Notes: generated by a model not told the origin, from the letters alone. 34,634 nucleotides of DNA from a virus (IMGVR_UViG_3300033076_001468:1-34634); one strand, 5' to 3'; counted from the stretch's first letter, positions 16,318-25,228 are shown. Numbers and translations: made by a program.

Positions 16318-18254
16318 TGGATGTTTACGAAATCACAGGATATGCCACGGGAGTTTCTGATGCTGGAGTCAAGTTTTTGCAACCTGTGGACAGTTTTCAA
16401 AATATTTATAATGGTTTTATTTACCGTCAGGTGCTTCAATCTCGTCAAGGATTCGGGTATTTTGCACCACGTGTTAGCTCAAATCGAATTTATGGTATTT
16501 TCGAGCATACGATTACTCAGACCAATAGTACTGAGCTTCTTGTCTTTGATGCGAACAACTTGTACAAGTATAATACTGGCACTGGTGTATTTGATCTTGT
16601 TCCTTTTGGTGGTTCGATGGCTACTTATACTGGATTCAATCTAAGTACACCAGATGCATATATTTCAGGGACAACTTATCCAGATGCTAGCAACAATCCA
16701 AGATTTGTATTTTGTGGTGAGGGAATCGCTCCAAATGGGGCAGGGTCCTCGATATTTTTTTATGATGGCACAAATGTCTTGGATTATACCGATGCTGGTG
16801 ATAATCTTGACTATAATGCTCCTGCATCGGGAGCGTTAACAAACGCCACCTATGTTCTTTGGTTCAATGAACGCATAAATTTTGTAATCCCGATCATTGC
16901 TGGTATCGACTATCAACAGGGTATTTTATACTCAGGCATTCGCGATTCTTCTGGAAATGGAGACGACTTTGACGTTGCTGGCTCAGGGCTTTTCCAAGCT
17001 GATACATCTCTCTATATCACAGGCGCTACAATTCTGGGACAGATCATCATTCTAGACTTTAACCGCATGGCCTATGTTCTTGAAAAAACTCGCGATGCCT
17101 TCAATCCCTATTTCGGCCGTGCTGTTCCTGGAGTTTATGGAACCGATGCAAAATTTTCTTCTTTATCGTGGTCTGATACCGTCCGATCTCTTGGAAAAAC
17201 AGGTGTTCTTGGTAAAGATTCGCGGCAAAATCTGCGTGTTGATAATAAAATCCCTTTCTTTACCCAGAATCAGATAAATCCCATTTACTTCAATTGGACA
17301 TATGGCGGATTTGATCGCCTAAACAATCAATTCTTATGGTCATATCTTTCCTCTGAAAACGATAGTGTCTCTCCCGATACTCAGGATTCTGTTCTTGTAA
17401 ATAACTACGAAGAGAATTCCTGGTCTGTGTATGAGCAGCGATTTTCTGTTCTTGGACAAACAGATATTGGGCTTAGTTTAACGTGGGACGACATTGATGA
17501 GACCGCTGGGAATGAATCTTGGGCAATGTGGGACACAACTACAGAGATTTGGGATCGAATCGGCCTCGGTGAAGCTGTTCAAAAGACTCTTGCTGGAGAT
17601 AATCTAGGATTCGTTTACGAGCTTAACGCAAACTTTTGTGACTACTTATCAGACATAAGCGCTGTTACTCCTGGAGCAACAACGACACTCACAGTGACAG
17701 CTTGTGGAGTTTTAGCTGGCGATGAGATCATTGTTCAGAATGTTGATGGAATGCTCAATGCTGACAACGTTTCTGGCATCAACAATTACACTCCAGGATC
17801 AAATAGCATTTCTTTTAAGCCCTATGTCGTTCTTTCTGCGACTCCGACATCAATAGAGATCGATCTCGATTCAACACTGCTTACGGCATATTCTTCTGGC
17901 GGTTCCATTGCAAAACCCATCAACTTTTATGCAGAAACTATCCCATTTAATCCTTATCGATCACAAGGTCGCCGTTGCTACGTTTCGCACCTTGAGTTCC
18001 TAATTGAATGCAATGGCGGTGGCTTGTTAGTTGATGTTTATGCTGATGAGGATGATTCGCCATTTATCAAAAATGTTCTATGTCAGCCAAGTCTTACAAC
18101 TGTTTCAGCGAAGAAATCTTCGTGGGTAAATATGACCGTGGATCAAGAAGCTAACTTTTTAACGTTTGTAATGAAGCAATCAAGTCCTGAGTCTCAGATT
18201 CGTTTAACTTCAATGCGTATTCATTGTCAACCTGGAGGATATACCAGTGGCTAG
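16317..18254 (+). CDS. Tail nozzle/DNA-stabilisation protein (P22 gp10/T7 gp12-like) with inserted FCCH-like domain
   Basis: 645-aa beta-rich protein with ILYSG and VLVNNYEENSWS propeller-type motifs; insert ISAVTPGATTTLT...GDEIIVQNVDGM...IDLDSTLLTAYSSGG. Confidence 0.65.
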   Translation: MDVYEITGYATGVSDAGVKFLQPVDSFQNIYNGFIYRQVLQSRQGFGYFAPRVSSNRIYGIFEHTITQTNSTELLVFDANNLYKYNTGTGVFDLVPFGGSMATYTGFNLSTPDAYISGTTYPDASNNPRFVFCGEGIAPNGAGSSIFFYDGTNVLDYTDAGDNLDYNAPASGALTNATYVLWFNERINFVIPIIAGIDYQQGILYSGIRDSSGNGDDFDVAGSGLFQADTSLYITGATILGQIIILDFNRMAYVLEKTRDAFNPYFGRAVPGVYGTDAKFSSLSWSDTVRSLGKTGVLGKDSRQNLRVDNKIPFFTQNQINPIYFNWTYGGFDRLNNQFLWSYLSSENDSVSPDTQDSVLVNNYEENSWSVYEQRFSVLGQTDIGLSLTWDDIDETAGNESWAMWDTTTEIWDRIGLGEAVQKTLAGDNLGFVYELNANFCDYLSDISAVTPGATTTLTVTACGVLAGDEIIVQNVDGMLNADNVSGINNYTPGSNSISFKPYVVLSATPTSIEIDLDSTLLTAYSSGGSIAKPINFYAETIPFNPYRSQGRRCYVSHLEFLIECNGGGLLVDVYADEDDSPFIKNVLCQPSLTTVSAKKSSWVNMTVDQEANFLTFVMKQSSPESQIRLTSMRIHCQPGGYTSG

Positions 18255-18513
18255 TATTCCAGAGTATTTTGATTTCGGTAACCGAGAAAACATGAGCATT
18301 GAAGAGTTGATGGTCATCCTTGAGCGCATGTATACCGATTTAGCAATCGCTATCAACCAAAAACCCGATCTTTACCAAAGAAATACTGATGGGCAGGCGT
18401 CTGATGTGGGATTAGCACAAGGTTCGATAAATATAAATCTAGGTACAAACAAGGTTGAAATGCTGACAAATCACACTAATCCGACAACGGTTGTATGGAC
18501 ACAGCTTTCATAA
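18247..18513 (+). CDS. Small tail-associated protein
   Basis: GGAGG RBS with GTG start; LERMYTDLAIAINQK helix. Confidence 0.65.
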   Translation: MASIPEYFDFGNRENMSIEELMVILERMYTDLAIAINQKPDLYQRNTDGQASDVGLAQGSININLGTNKVEMLTNHTNPTTVVWTQLS

Positions 18514-18523
18514 AAATGATTAT

Positions 18524-18688
18524 ATGTGGGAAGATTGTTTATAACTTGTTCATAACTACGAAAAAATTGTTCATAACTTTTTTTTCACGGCAGGGGTGTG
18601 AGATCTATAGCTAGATCCGGGTGAGAGAAGATTTTGGCAAAAAAGCGAACATTTGTCAAACAAAAAAAGTGGAAAGATTGTTTATAAA
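18524..18688. repeat. Cluster of DnaA-box-like direct repeats (TTGTTYATAAC)
   Basis: TTGTTTATAAC 18535, TTGTTCATAAC 18546 and 18567, TTGTTTATAAA 18678; 19-mer GTGGRAAGATTGTTTATAA at 18526 and 18669 (18/19 identical). Confidence 0.75.
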
Positions 18689-18766
18689 TTTTCGAGCGCG
18701 CTTGATTGCGCTTGATAGCTCTCAAATTTATAAAAAAACGAATTGTTCGTCAAGGGGAAATTTTTT

Positions 18767-19390
18767 ATGACTTTTGGTGCAGAATGGTGGGGCCCGCCTC
18801 TTGCAGCAGGCGTGGCAAGCTGGTTATCAGGCAAAGGAAGTGCTGGTAAGGAAACCAAGATGCAAAGGACGCAGAGAAAGCTTGTGGATAGGCTTTTAGC
18901 GTCTTTGAGTGGCGAGGGGGATTTTGCGGATTTATTTAATCCAAGTAATGAAGCTTTTCAGAAATCGTTTGTAGAGCCTGCAATGTCTAAATTTCGCAAT
19001 CAGATAGCTCCACAGATACAGCAGAGTTACATCGCGTCTGGACAGCAAAGAGGAACGGGGCTTGAAGATACACTAACACGCGCAGGAGTAGATCTAGACT
19101 CGATGTTGAATCAATACTATTACCAACATATGCAAGATGCGCAGAATAGAAAGGCTAATGCTATTAATGGTATACTTGGTGCTGGAGCTGGTGCGCCAAA
19201 TTCTACAAGTGGCTTTCAAGATGTGTTGTCGGGGCTTAGCGGATATCTAACAAGCGATAATTTCTCAAACATGTTTAAAACAAGTTCCTCTGCGCCTTCG
19301 TCATCTCCGAATGCTTATGCCCCAAGAAAGGGTTTTGAGCCTGATTGGATGGATTATAAACTAGGTGATAGCAGATGGGGGCAAGTATGA
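18767..19390 (+). CDS. DNA ejection (pilot) protein 1, P22 gp7-like position
   Basis: N-terminal Gly/Ala-rich hydrophobic segment, Gln-rich helices; start moved to ATG 18767. Confidence 0.6.
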   Translation: MTFGAEWWGPPLAAGVASWLSGKGSAGKETKMQRTQRKLVDRLLASLSGEGDFADLFNPSNEAFQKSFVEPAMSKFRNQIAPQIQQSYIASGQQRGTGLEDTLTRAGVDLDSMLNQYYYQHMQDAQNRKANAINGILGAGAGAPNSTSGFQDVLSGLSGYLTSDNFSNMFKTSSSAPSSSPNAYAPRKGFEPDWMDYKLGDSRWGQV

Positions 19391-20613
19391 GTAATCCTTC
19401 GCCGTTTGACATTGGTCGGCAGATTGGCAACAATTTTAACAAAGTGCGAGAGGATAATGCAATTAGCGGAATCCTTTCACAGGCCATGGAGAGCAATGAT
19501 CCTGTGTTTCTTCAAAAGAGCATCGGAAAAATTCTCTCTCAAGTTTCTCCTGAAAGACAAGGCCAAGCAGTGCAATTCTTGCAAAACACGGTGAACAATA
19601 TCCGACAAAGGCAGGCTGTAGAACGATATGGCATTGATCCTAACCTTCCTCCAGCCTTGCAGACAGCGATGTACAAAGAAGCACAGAAGGGGCAAAGATT
19701 GCGAGATGCTGAGCGTGTTTTTGGCAATGAACCTCCAATGTCCCATGTGAACGGGAAAGTAAATCCTGGGGAATTTCCACCTCCAACAGAAACTCCTGTT
19801 CTTTCTTCTAGGCCTAAAAAAGATCAACTGCTTCGCTTAACAGGTCACCCCGATCGAGAAGTAGCCGAAAGAGCCAAGGCACATTTGAGAGATCTTGAAC
19901 ACACGGAAAAGTTAGAAGGCAAAAAAAAGTCTGATCTTTTCAAACATGAGTTAGAAAGAGCCGATAAACTTATTACAAGAGCCGATGAAATTGCAACGGC
20001 TATTCCGCAAAAAGAAACAGCTTTAAATTTGATGAATGATTCAATAGGCCAGAAAAACTTATCGTTTTTTTCTCCAGATAATCTTGCCGAGATCACGGGA
20101 ATAGAAGGTTTCAGATCACCAGAGGGTGCAATATTTAAGACAGCTGGTAAAGAATATTTCCTTGGGAATATCTCGCGAGCTGGGGCTAGGCCGAACCAAT
20201 GGATTGAACAACAAATCGCTGATATGATGGCAAAAATAGGTCGATCTACAGAAGCCAACCTTTCTGTAACTAGAGCTCTCAAAAATGAACTCGATCTAGA
20301 CAAAGAACGTGTGAGAATCACAAATGAGCTTTCAGATCAAATGAAGGGAAAGGGAAACCTTTCTATGGAAGGATTGGGAAGAGAAGTAAATAAACACATG
20401 CTTACTTATGCAGAAGAAAAACAGCATGAACTCTTTAATGATCTGCGAGCAATCAAGTCTATAGCCGAAAAAACTTCTCAAAAGTTTAGAAAGGTTAAAA
20501 AAGATACGCCAATATCTCCTTATATGGCACAGGCTTTATTGAGAAAGTTTAATAATGATCCTAAAAAAGCAGAAGAAGAGGCAAGAAAGTTGGGATATGC
20601 AGAATTCGAATAA
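19387..20613 (+). CDS. DNA ejection protein 2
   Basis: Helical, charged, about 408 aa; ATGA overlap at 19387. Confidence 0.6.
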   Translation: MSNPSPFDIGRQIGNNFNKVREDNAISGILSQAMESNDPVFLQKSIGKILSQVSPERQGQAVQFLQNTVNNIRQRQAVERYGIDPNLPPALQTAMYKEAQKGQRLRDAERVFGNEPPMSHVNGKVNPGEFPPPTETPVLSSRPKKDQLLRLTGHPDREVAERAKAHLRDLEHTEKLEGKKKSDLFKHELERADKLITRADEIATAIPQKETALNLMNDSIGQKNLSFFSPDNLAEITGIEGFRSPEGAIFKTAGKEYFLGNISRAGARPNQWIEQQIADMMAKIGRSTEANLSVTRALKNELDLDKERVRITNELSDQMKGKGNLSMEGLGREVNKHMLTYAEEKQHELFNDLRAIKSIAEKTSQKFRKVKKDTPISPYMAQALLRKFNNDPKKAEEEARKLGYAEFE

Positions 20614-22141
20614 GAACATCTTTGAAAGATTGGCTGAGAAAAATCAATCAGACGATTTTGATTATTCGGATAATTTTGAGAAACCCGAATTTCATGGAAA
20701 TATTTTTGAAAGATTTGCCGAAAAGGCTCGTCAAAAAGAAGAAAATACCTTTGGTTTTATCGATACCTTAGGAGATATTGCACAGCAAGTTCCCAAAAAG
20801 GCTATAGAAGGGGCCTTGGGATCTTATGGGAATATCCTTCAGGGATTTGGATTACAGCCAGAAAATGGAAAAACTCAACTAAAGAACCAGCAGCTTGTTA
20901 ACGACATTCAGGCCGATCTTGCAAGCCGTGTTTCTTCTGGCGAACAACTTTCCCCTCAAGAAATTAAGCTTCTTTCTGATCTGGAACCTTCTGGAATAGG
21001 ACGATTTCCGACATCTAAAGAAGTGGGTGCAGGTATTCAAAAAATTTCGGGAATTGGTGAGGGAAAGACACCAGCTGGTCGGATTGCAGGAAGGGGGGCA
21101 GAATTTTTAGGAGAAGGAGCCGCTTTAGGAGGTGGCTTAAAAACATTAGCTGGTTTAGGTGGATCTGGGATTGCTGGCCAATCTCTTAGAGAAGCAGGAA
21201 TGCCCGAATCTCTGGCTACGGCAACGGAAATTGTCGGCTCCCTAACTTCATCAGCCCTGGAGGGGAAAGTTCGTCCTAGAGCAAAAGAAGCGGAAAAATT
21301 GGCAGAAGGCGGGAGAAAGATCGGTCTTTCGGAAAAGCAACTTTCACCGCTTTTGCAAAATGAAACTAAAATATCCACGCTTTCTAAAGTGGCAAGGAAA
21401 AACGAGAAAACAAAAAATCTTTTTTCTTCTATTAAAAGCTCTCTCGGTGATTCATACGACACACTCAAGAAAATGCCGAATGCTCAGAATAGAATTCCCG
21501 CTCAATCACAATCTGATATGATCCGAAAATTCGCAGATATACGCAGCGATTTGTCTAGAACATTAAATCCTTCCCCCGACAAAGCATCTGCAATAAAATA
21601 TATTGATGATGCATTAGATAATCTTCGAAATAAACCCATTACTCCTGAAGAGTTAATGAATTTTTGGCAGGATATTAATAAATCCGTTAAGTGGAATTCA
21701 ATTAATGGAGGAAAAAAAACTCTTGCCAAACTTAAATCTCCAATTTCCGACGTTTTACAGGCAAATGTTCCTGAGATTGCTAAAGATTTCGAGATTACCA
21801 ACACTCTTTATAGCAAATATGCATCTGTAGCCAAAAAGATGAAGCCTGATATGATTGATGCATTTTTAAATAAAGCCGAAATACTTGGGATTCCAGCTAG
21901 CTCGAGCGCATTGATTTTTGGTAATCCATGGCCATTAGCTGGGGTTGCTGGAGAAATAGCGGTTAGAACATTAGCTACAGAAATGATAACCAACCCGTAT
22001 TTCCAAAATATTTCGAACAAAATGATAAAAAATTTCGACGCTGGATCGGTTAATGCAATAAAATCTACGATGAAGCAGGTAAAGGAATATATGGATAGAA
22101 AACATCCAAATGAAGATTGGGATTTCTTAATCGAAGAATAG
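20597..22141 (+). CDS. DNA ejection protein 3
   Basis: Repeated NIFER motif, Gly/Ala-rich hydrophobic segments (GEGAALGGGL...; LIFGNPWPLAGVAG); last gene of the module. Confidence 0.6.
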   Translation: MQNSNKNIFERLAEKNQSDDFDYSDNFEKPEFHGNIFERFAEKARQKEENTFGFIDTLGDIAQQVPKKAIEGALGSYGNILQGFGLQPENGKTQLKNQQLVNDIQADLASRVSSGEQLSPQEIKLLSDLEPSGIGRFPTSKEVGAGIQKISGIGEGKTPAGRIAGRGAEFLGEGAALGGGLKTLAGLGGSGIAGQSLREAGMPESLATATEIVGSLTSSALEGKVRPRAKEAEKLAEGGRKIGLSEKQLSPLLQNETKISTLSKVARKNEKTKNLFSSIKSSLGDSYDTLKKMPNAQNRIPAQSQSDMIRKFADIRSDLSRTLNPSPDKASAIKYIDDALDNLRNKPITPEELMNFWQDINKSVKWNSINGGKKTLAKLKSPISDVLQANVPEIAKDFEITNTLYSKYASVAKKMKPDMIDAFLNKAEILGIPASSSALIFGNPWPLAGVAGEIAVRTLATEMITNPYFQNISNKMIKNFDAGSVNAIKSTMKQVKEYMDRKHPNEDWDFLIEE

Positions 22142-22195
22142 AGCCATGACTCCGCGAACAGCTACATAAACAAAAAAAGCTAACAAGAATTGCAT
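22127..22195 (-). CDS. 22-aa hydrophobic micro-peptide MQFLLAFFVYVAVRGVMALFFD
   Basis: Strong AGGAGG RBS; single hydrophobic helix. Confidence 0.5.
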   Translation of the reverse strand: MQFLLAFFVYVAVRGVMALFFD

Positions 22196-22204
22196 TTTAT
22201 CCTC

Positions 22205-22288
22205 CTAATCGCAAAACAAATTCACACAAAATAGACACCAGTAAAGACCCCAGCCAACCACAAAAAGTCCTACAACAATTTCAGCCAT
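22205..22288 (-). CDS. 27-aa hydrophobic micro-peptide MAEIVVGLFVVGWGLYWCLFCVNLFCD
   Basis: Starts 2 nt after the previous stop; single TM helix. Confidence 0.5.
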   Translation of the reverse strand: MAEIVVGLFVVGWGLYWCLFCVNLFCD

Positions 22289-22290
22289 GA

Positions 22291-22494
22291 CTATTTTCTC
22301 TCCTTGAGCAGATCTATAAACATTTCATAAAGCTTATCTGTTCTTTTAGCTTGCGAGTAATTTTCTTTTCTTATTTCGTCTATCTCTTTTTTGATTTCAT
22401 TTCGGATATCTCTCGTAAAATACCACAAAATTCCAGTCATCGCTAAAATAGTTTGAACATTAAATGATCCTATAAATTCAATTATTTCTTTCAT
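22291..22494 (-). CDS. TM + coiled-coil peptide ending RTDKLYEMFIDLLKERK
   Basis: AAGGAGG/AAGGA RBS before ATG 22494; paralog of 23021-23179. Confidence 0.75.
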   Translation of the reverse strand: MKEIIEFIGSFNVQTILAMTGILWYFTRDIRNEIKKEIDEIRKENYSQAKRTDKLYEMFIDLLKERK

Positions 22495-22672
22495 GTGTTC
22501 CTTCCTCCTTGAATAAAGCATTGGGAAGCTTCCTTGCCTCCATAGCTTCTTTTTTTATTCTTATTTCACGTCGTTCTTCTCTTGAATCAAACTCATCACA
22601 GATTCTCTTTGGAAACTCTTCAAGCATTTTGAATAGCTGATCGAATTTCTTATCGATTAAGTCTTTGCTCAT
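22478..22672 (-). CDS. Small charged coiled-coil protein
   Basis: ATGA coupling; KFDQLFKML loosely echoes RTDKLYEMF. Confidence 0.6.
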   Translation of the reverse strand: MSKDLIDKKFDQLFKMLEEFPKRICDEFDSREERREIRIKKEAMEARKLPNALFKEEGTHERNN

Positions 22673-22863
22673 GTTTTTTCTCTCTTTCTTTCCTCAATAG
22701 CACACAATCTTCCGTGAAAGTCTTTGATCTCTTCTTGAATAGCTTTTACTTGTGCATCCATGTGTCGCCAATCGTTTCTTGACTCCGATCGCATCCACAA
22801 AACTAATCCAGCATTAGCAAGAAATAGAGAAACAATTTGCATCCATGATTCAGACATTTTCAT
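22669..22863 (-). CDS. TM + coiled-coil peptide (DFHGRLCAIEER)
   Basis: WMQIVSLFLANAGLVLWM hydrophobic segment followed by a heptad helix. Confidence 0.7.
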   Translation of the reverse strand: MKMSESWMQIVSLFLANAGLVLWMRSESRNDWRHMDAQVKAIQEEIKDFHGRLCAIEERKREKT

Positions 22864-22999
22864 TCCCAGAAAAAATGCTTATTTTATACAAAACTTCAAG
22901 CAGAGTGACGAAATCTTCTATGCAAATATTGTTATTTTTCAACATTTCAATTGTTTTTAATGCGTTAACAGTCATTTCTTCTATGTGCATTTTGTCCAT
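22850..22999 (-). CDS. Small hypothetical protein (49 aa, MDKMHIEEMTVNAL...)
   Basis: AAGGAGG RBS; translated by hand. Confidence 0.55.
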   Translation of the reverse strand: MDKMHIEEMTVNALKTIEMLKNNNICIEDFVTLLEVLYKISIFSGNENV

Positions 23000-23020
23000 T
23001 TTTTCCTCCTTGTACTAAAA

Positions 23021-23179
23021 TTACTTTCTTTCCTTAAGTAAATCGATGAACATTTCATAAAGCTTGTCCGTCCTCTGTCCTTGTCTTTCTATTTTTCCAT
23101 CTAAGAGATAGAATCCACCCAAAAGAGTGATGAATAGAACTAGAAACTCTATGAGTGATATTATGTGAGTTAAATCCAT
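23021..23179 (-). CDS. TM peptide (52 aa) ending RTDKLYEMFIDLLKERK
   Basis: AAGGAGG RBS; MDLTHIISLIEFLVLFITLLGGFYLL TM helix; not in the ORF track. Confidence 0.75.
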   Translation of the reverse strand: MDLTHIISLIEFLVLFITLLGGFYLLDGKIERQGQRTDKLYEMFIDLLKERK

Positions 23180-23180
23180 G

Positions 23181-23348
23181 TTATTTATCCTCCTTGATGT
23201 TTTGATTCTTTATCTGATTGATCTTGTCGATGATCGCTAGACGGATAAATTCACCCATTGTCTTTTTCGTCAAAACACACATAACTTTAAGCTCTGTATG
23301 TAGGTGTGGTGTGATTTGAAACGTAGTAGTTAAATGTCTTTTTTCCAT
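23181..23348 (-). CDS. Ribbon-helix-helix regulator (Arc/Mnt/ParG-like, 55 aa)
   Basis: MEKRHLTTTFQITPHLHTELKVMCVLTKKTMGEFIRLAIIDKI: beta strand plus two helices, RHH pattern; not in the ORF track. Confidence 0.7.
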   Translation of the reverse strand: MEKRHLTTTFQITPHLHTELKVMCVLTKKTMGEFIRLAIIDKINQIKNQNIKEDK

Positions 23349-23351
23349 ACA

Positions 23352-23387
23352 TTGAATAATTATTCAACAATTTAGCTTTATTTGCAA
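23352..23387 (-). promoter_or_regulatory. Leftward promoter with overlapping perfect palindrome (putative RHH operator)
   Basis: TTGCAA, 17 bp, AATAAT on the minus strand; TTGAATAATTATTCAA palindrome at 23352-23367. Confidence 0.5.
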
Positions 23388-23458
23388 CTTTTTCTTTGCC
23401 TCCCCACTTTTTTTGTGTAAGTTAAAATTTAAATTTAACACTTTAAGGGATACAACAT

Positions 23459-25228
23459 ATGCCTAAGTTTGCAAGACCTAACTCTTATACAGGAAAACAA
23501 TCAAACCAAAATTGGACTGGATCTGTCAGGGCGGCAAATGCCACCGAGGCAGCAGCAGGAGATAGTGATCAGCTTTATATTAGCCCCTCAACACTAGCTT
23601 CGGCAGTGGTTTCACTTGTTCCTCTTGCGACAAATACTGTAGCAGGTATCGTTAAGGTAACGGCAGCACCTTATGAGACGGGTGTAGTGGCCACGAAATC
23701 TTACGCCGATGCGCTTGCTATCGCAGGAGCTCCTGTATCGACAGAAACAGTTGCGGGTATCGGGCAATTAGCTACAGACAGTGAAGCTGTACTTGGAACA
23801 GCCTCCACACCTGCTTTAGCATTATTTTTGACTCCATCAAACCTGACCCCTGTTTTTGCAGCTCCTCCAAATATTGGTGGAACAACGCCAGGAACAGCAG
23901 CCTTTACAACGCTTTCAGCCGCTGCAACTACATTGTCAGGGCTCTTGACAGCCAACGCTTCTGCTTTGATAAAAACGGCTGGTGTGGCTCTAAATCTAGC
24001 TACAGACGTAGACACAGCAGCAGTTAATATCGGTACAGCAGCAGCAGCAAGAACAATTACCATTGGTAACGTTACTGGAGCTACTGCGGTTGCGATTAAC
24101 ACAGGAACAGGCAGCTTCACAGTAACAAGTACTGGATCAGGAGACATCATTCTCAATTCTGCTGACACATGCTTGATTGATTGCGCTGGTGTTTTAGAGC
24201 TAAACAGTTCTGCTGGAGTGATCTCAATCGGTAACGATGCGGTTGCACAAAACATCAACGTTGGTACTGGTGCAGCAGCTAGAACGATCACAATTGGCAA
24301 CAGCTCTGGCGCTACCTCTGTAGTACTAAATTGCGGCACAGGAAACTTAAACATCGGCACAAATGCAGTTGCACATACAATTACTCTTGGAAATAGTACT
24401 GGAGCCACATCTTTGGTTTTGGATTGCGGTACAGGAGCCTTAAATATCGGCACAAATGCCGTTGCTCACACCATAACAATCGGTAACATTACTGGAGCTA
24501 CAGCAGTTAACGTAAATTCAGGATCTGGAGCTTGTGCATGGACAACAACCAATGGTTCGTTCGGTCTAGTAACAGGAACAGGCGCTATCAATATCGGAGC
24601 TGATGCAGCAGCCAAAACAATCACTATCGGTAACGTTACAGCAGGAACAGCGGTTGCCGTCAATACTGGAACAGGCGGTTTTGCTGTCGCAACGACTGGA
24701 GCAGGTGATATTATCCTCAACTCTTCCGACACATGCTTGATTGATGCCGCAGGAGTTCTTGAGCTGAATAGCTCAGCTGGAGTGATATCAATTGGTAACG
24801 ATGCGGTTGCTCAAAACATCAATATTGGTACTGGTGCAGCAGCTAGAACGATTACTATTGGTAATACCACAACCACAACCGCCGTCAATATTACAGCTGG
24901 TTCAGGAGCTGTTAACTGCGCAACAGACTTTAATCTAAGCAGCGTTGCAACGAAAATTAGCCTAAACGGGGGAGCTGCCACCGACTTCATTGGAACAGGC
25001 ACTCTGACAGCTGGAACAGTGACCATCAACAACACAAATATTTCTGCTTCCGACAGGATTTTCCTATCAAGAACAGCGGTTAACGCTTCGACCACTTTGG
25101 GAATGCTGACTTATACGATCAGTGCTGCCACAAGTTTCACTGTAACAAGTAAGATTGTTGGGACTCCAGGATCGACAGAAACGGGAGATGCGTCAAGCTT
25201 TGCTTACATCATCTTCAGACAAACCTAA
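23459..25228 (+). CDS. Repetitive tail fibre/adhesin-like virion protein
   Basis: N-terminal fibre motifs (VRAANATEAAAG, GIGQLATDSE); roughly 29-aa repeats NIGT.A.A.TITIGN.TGAT.V....GTG. Confidence 0.75.
   Translation: MPKFARPNSYTGKQSNQNWTGSVRAANATEAAAGDSDQLYISPSTLASAVVSLVPLATNTVAGIVKVTAAPYETGVVATKSYADALAIAGAPVSTETVAGIGQLATDSEAVLGTASTPALALFLTPSNLTPVFAAPPNIGGTTPGTAAFTTLSAAATTLSGLLTANASALIKTAGVALNLATDVDTAAVNIGTAAAARTITIGNVTGATAVAINTGTGSFTVTSTGSGDIILNSADTCLIDCAGVLELNSSAGVISIGNDAVAQNINVGTGAAARTITIGNSSGATSVVLNCGTGNLNIGTNAVAHTITLGNSTGATSLVLDCGTGALNIGTNAVAHTITIGNITGATAVNVNSGSGACAWTTTNGSFGLVTGTGAINIGADAAAKTITIGNVTAGTAVAVNTGTGGFAVATTGAGDIILNSSDTCLIDAAGVLELNSSAGVISIGNDAVAQNINIGTGAAARTITIGNTTTTTAVNITAGSGAVNCATDFNLSSVATKISLNGGAATDFIGTGTLTAGTVTINNTNISASDRIFLSRTAVNASTTLGMLTYTISAATSFTVTSKIVGTPGSTETGDASSFAYIIFRQT
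24130..24865 (+). repeat. Internal duplication (about 57 codons, 564-nt offset) in the fibre gene
   Basis: TGSGDIILNSADTCLIDCAGVLELNSSAGVISIGNDAVAQNINVGTGAAARTITIGN recurs near-identically at about 24130 and about 24694. Confidence 0.85.

Noticed and set aside
18524-18688. Short direct repeats as a mini CRISPR or guide array
   Set aside because: Repeats are 11 bp, adjacent or irregularly spaced, with no constant-length unique spacers and no cas-like gene; they fit protein-binding boxes better.
23701-25095. Long minus-strand ORFs (23701-24453, 24466-24732, 24811-25095)
   Set aside because: Antisense shadows of the Thr/Gly/Ala-rich fibre gene; codon bias explains the lack of stops.
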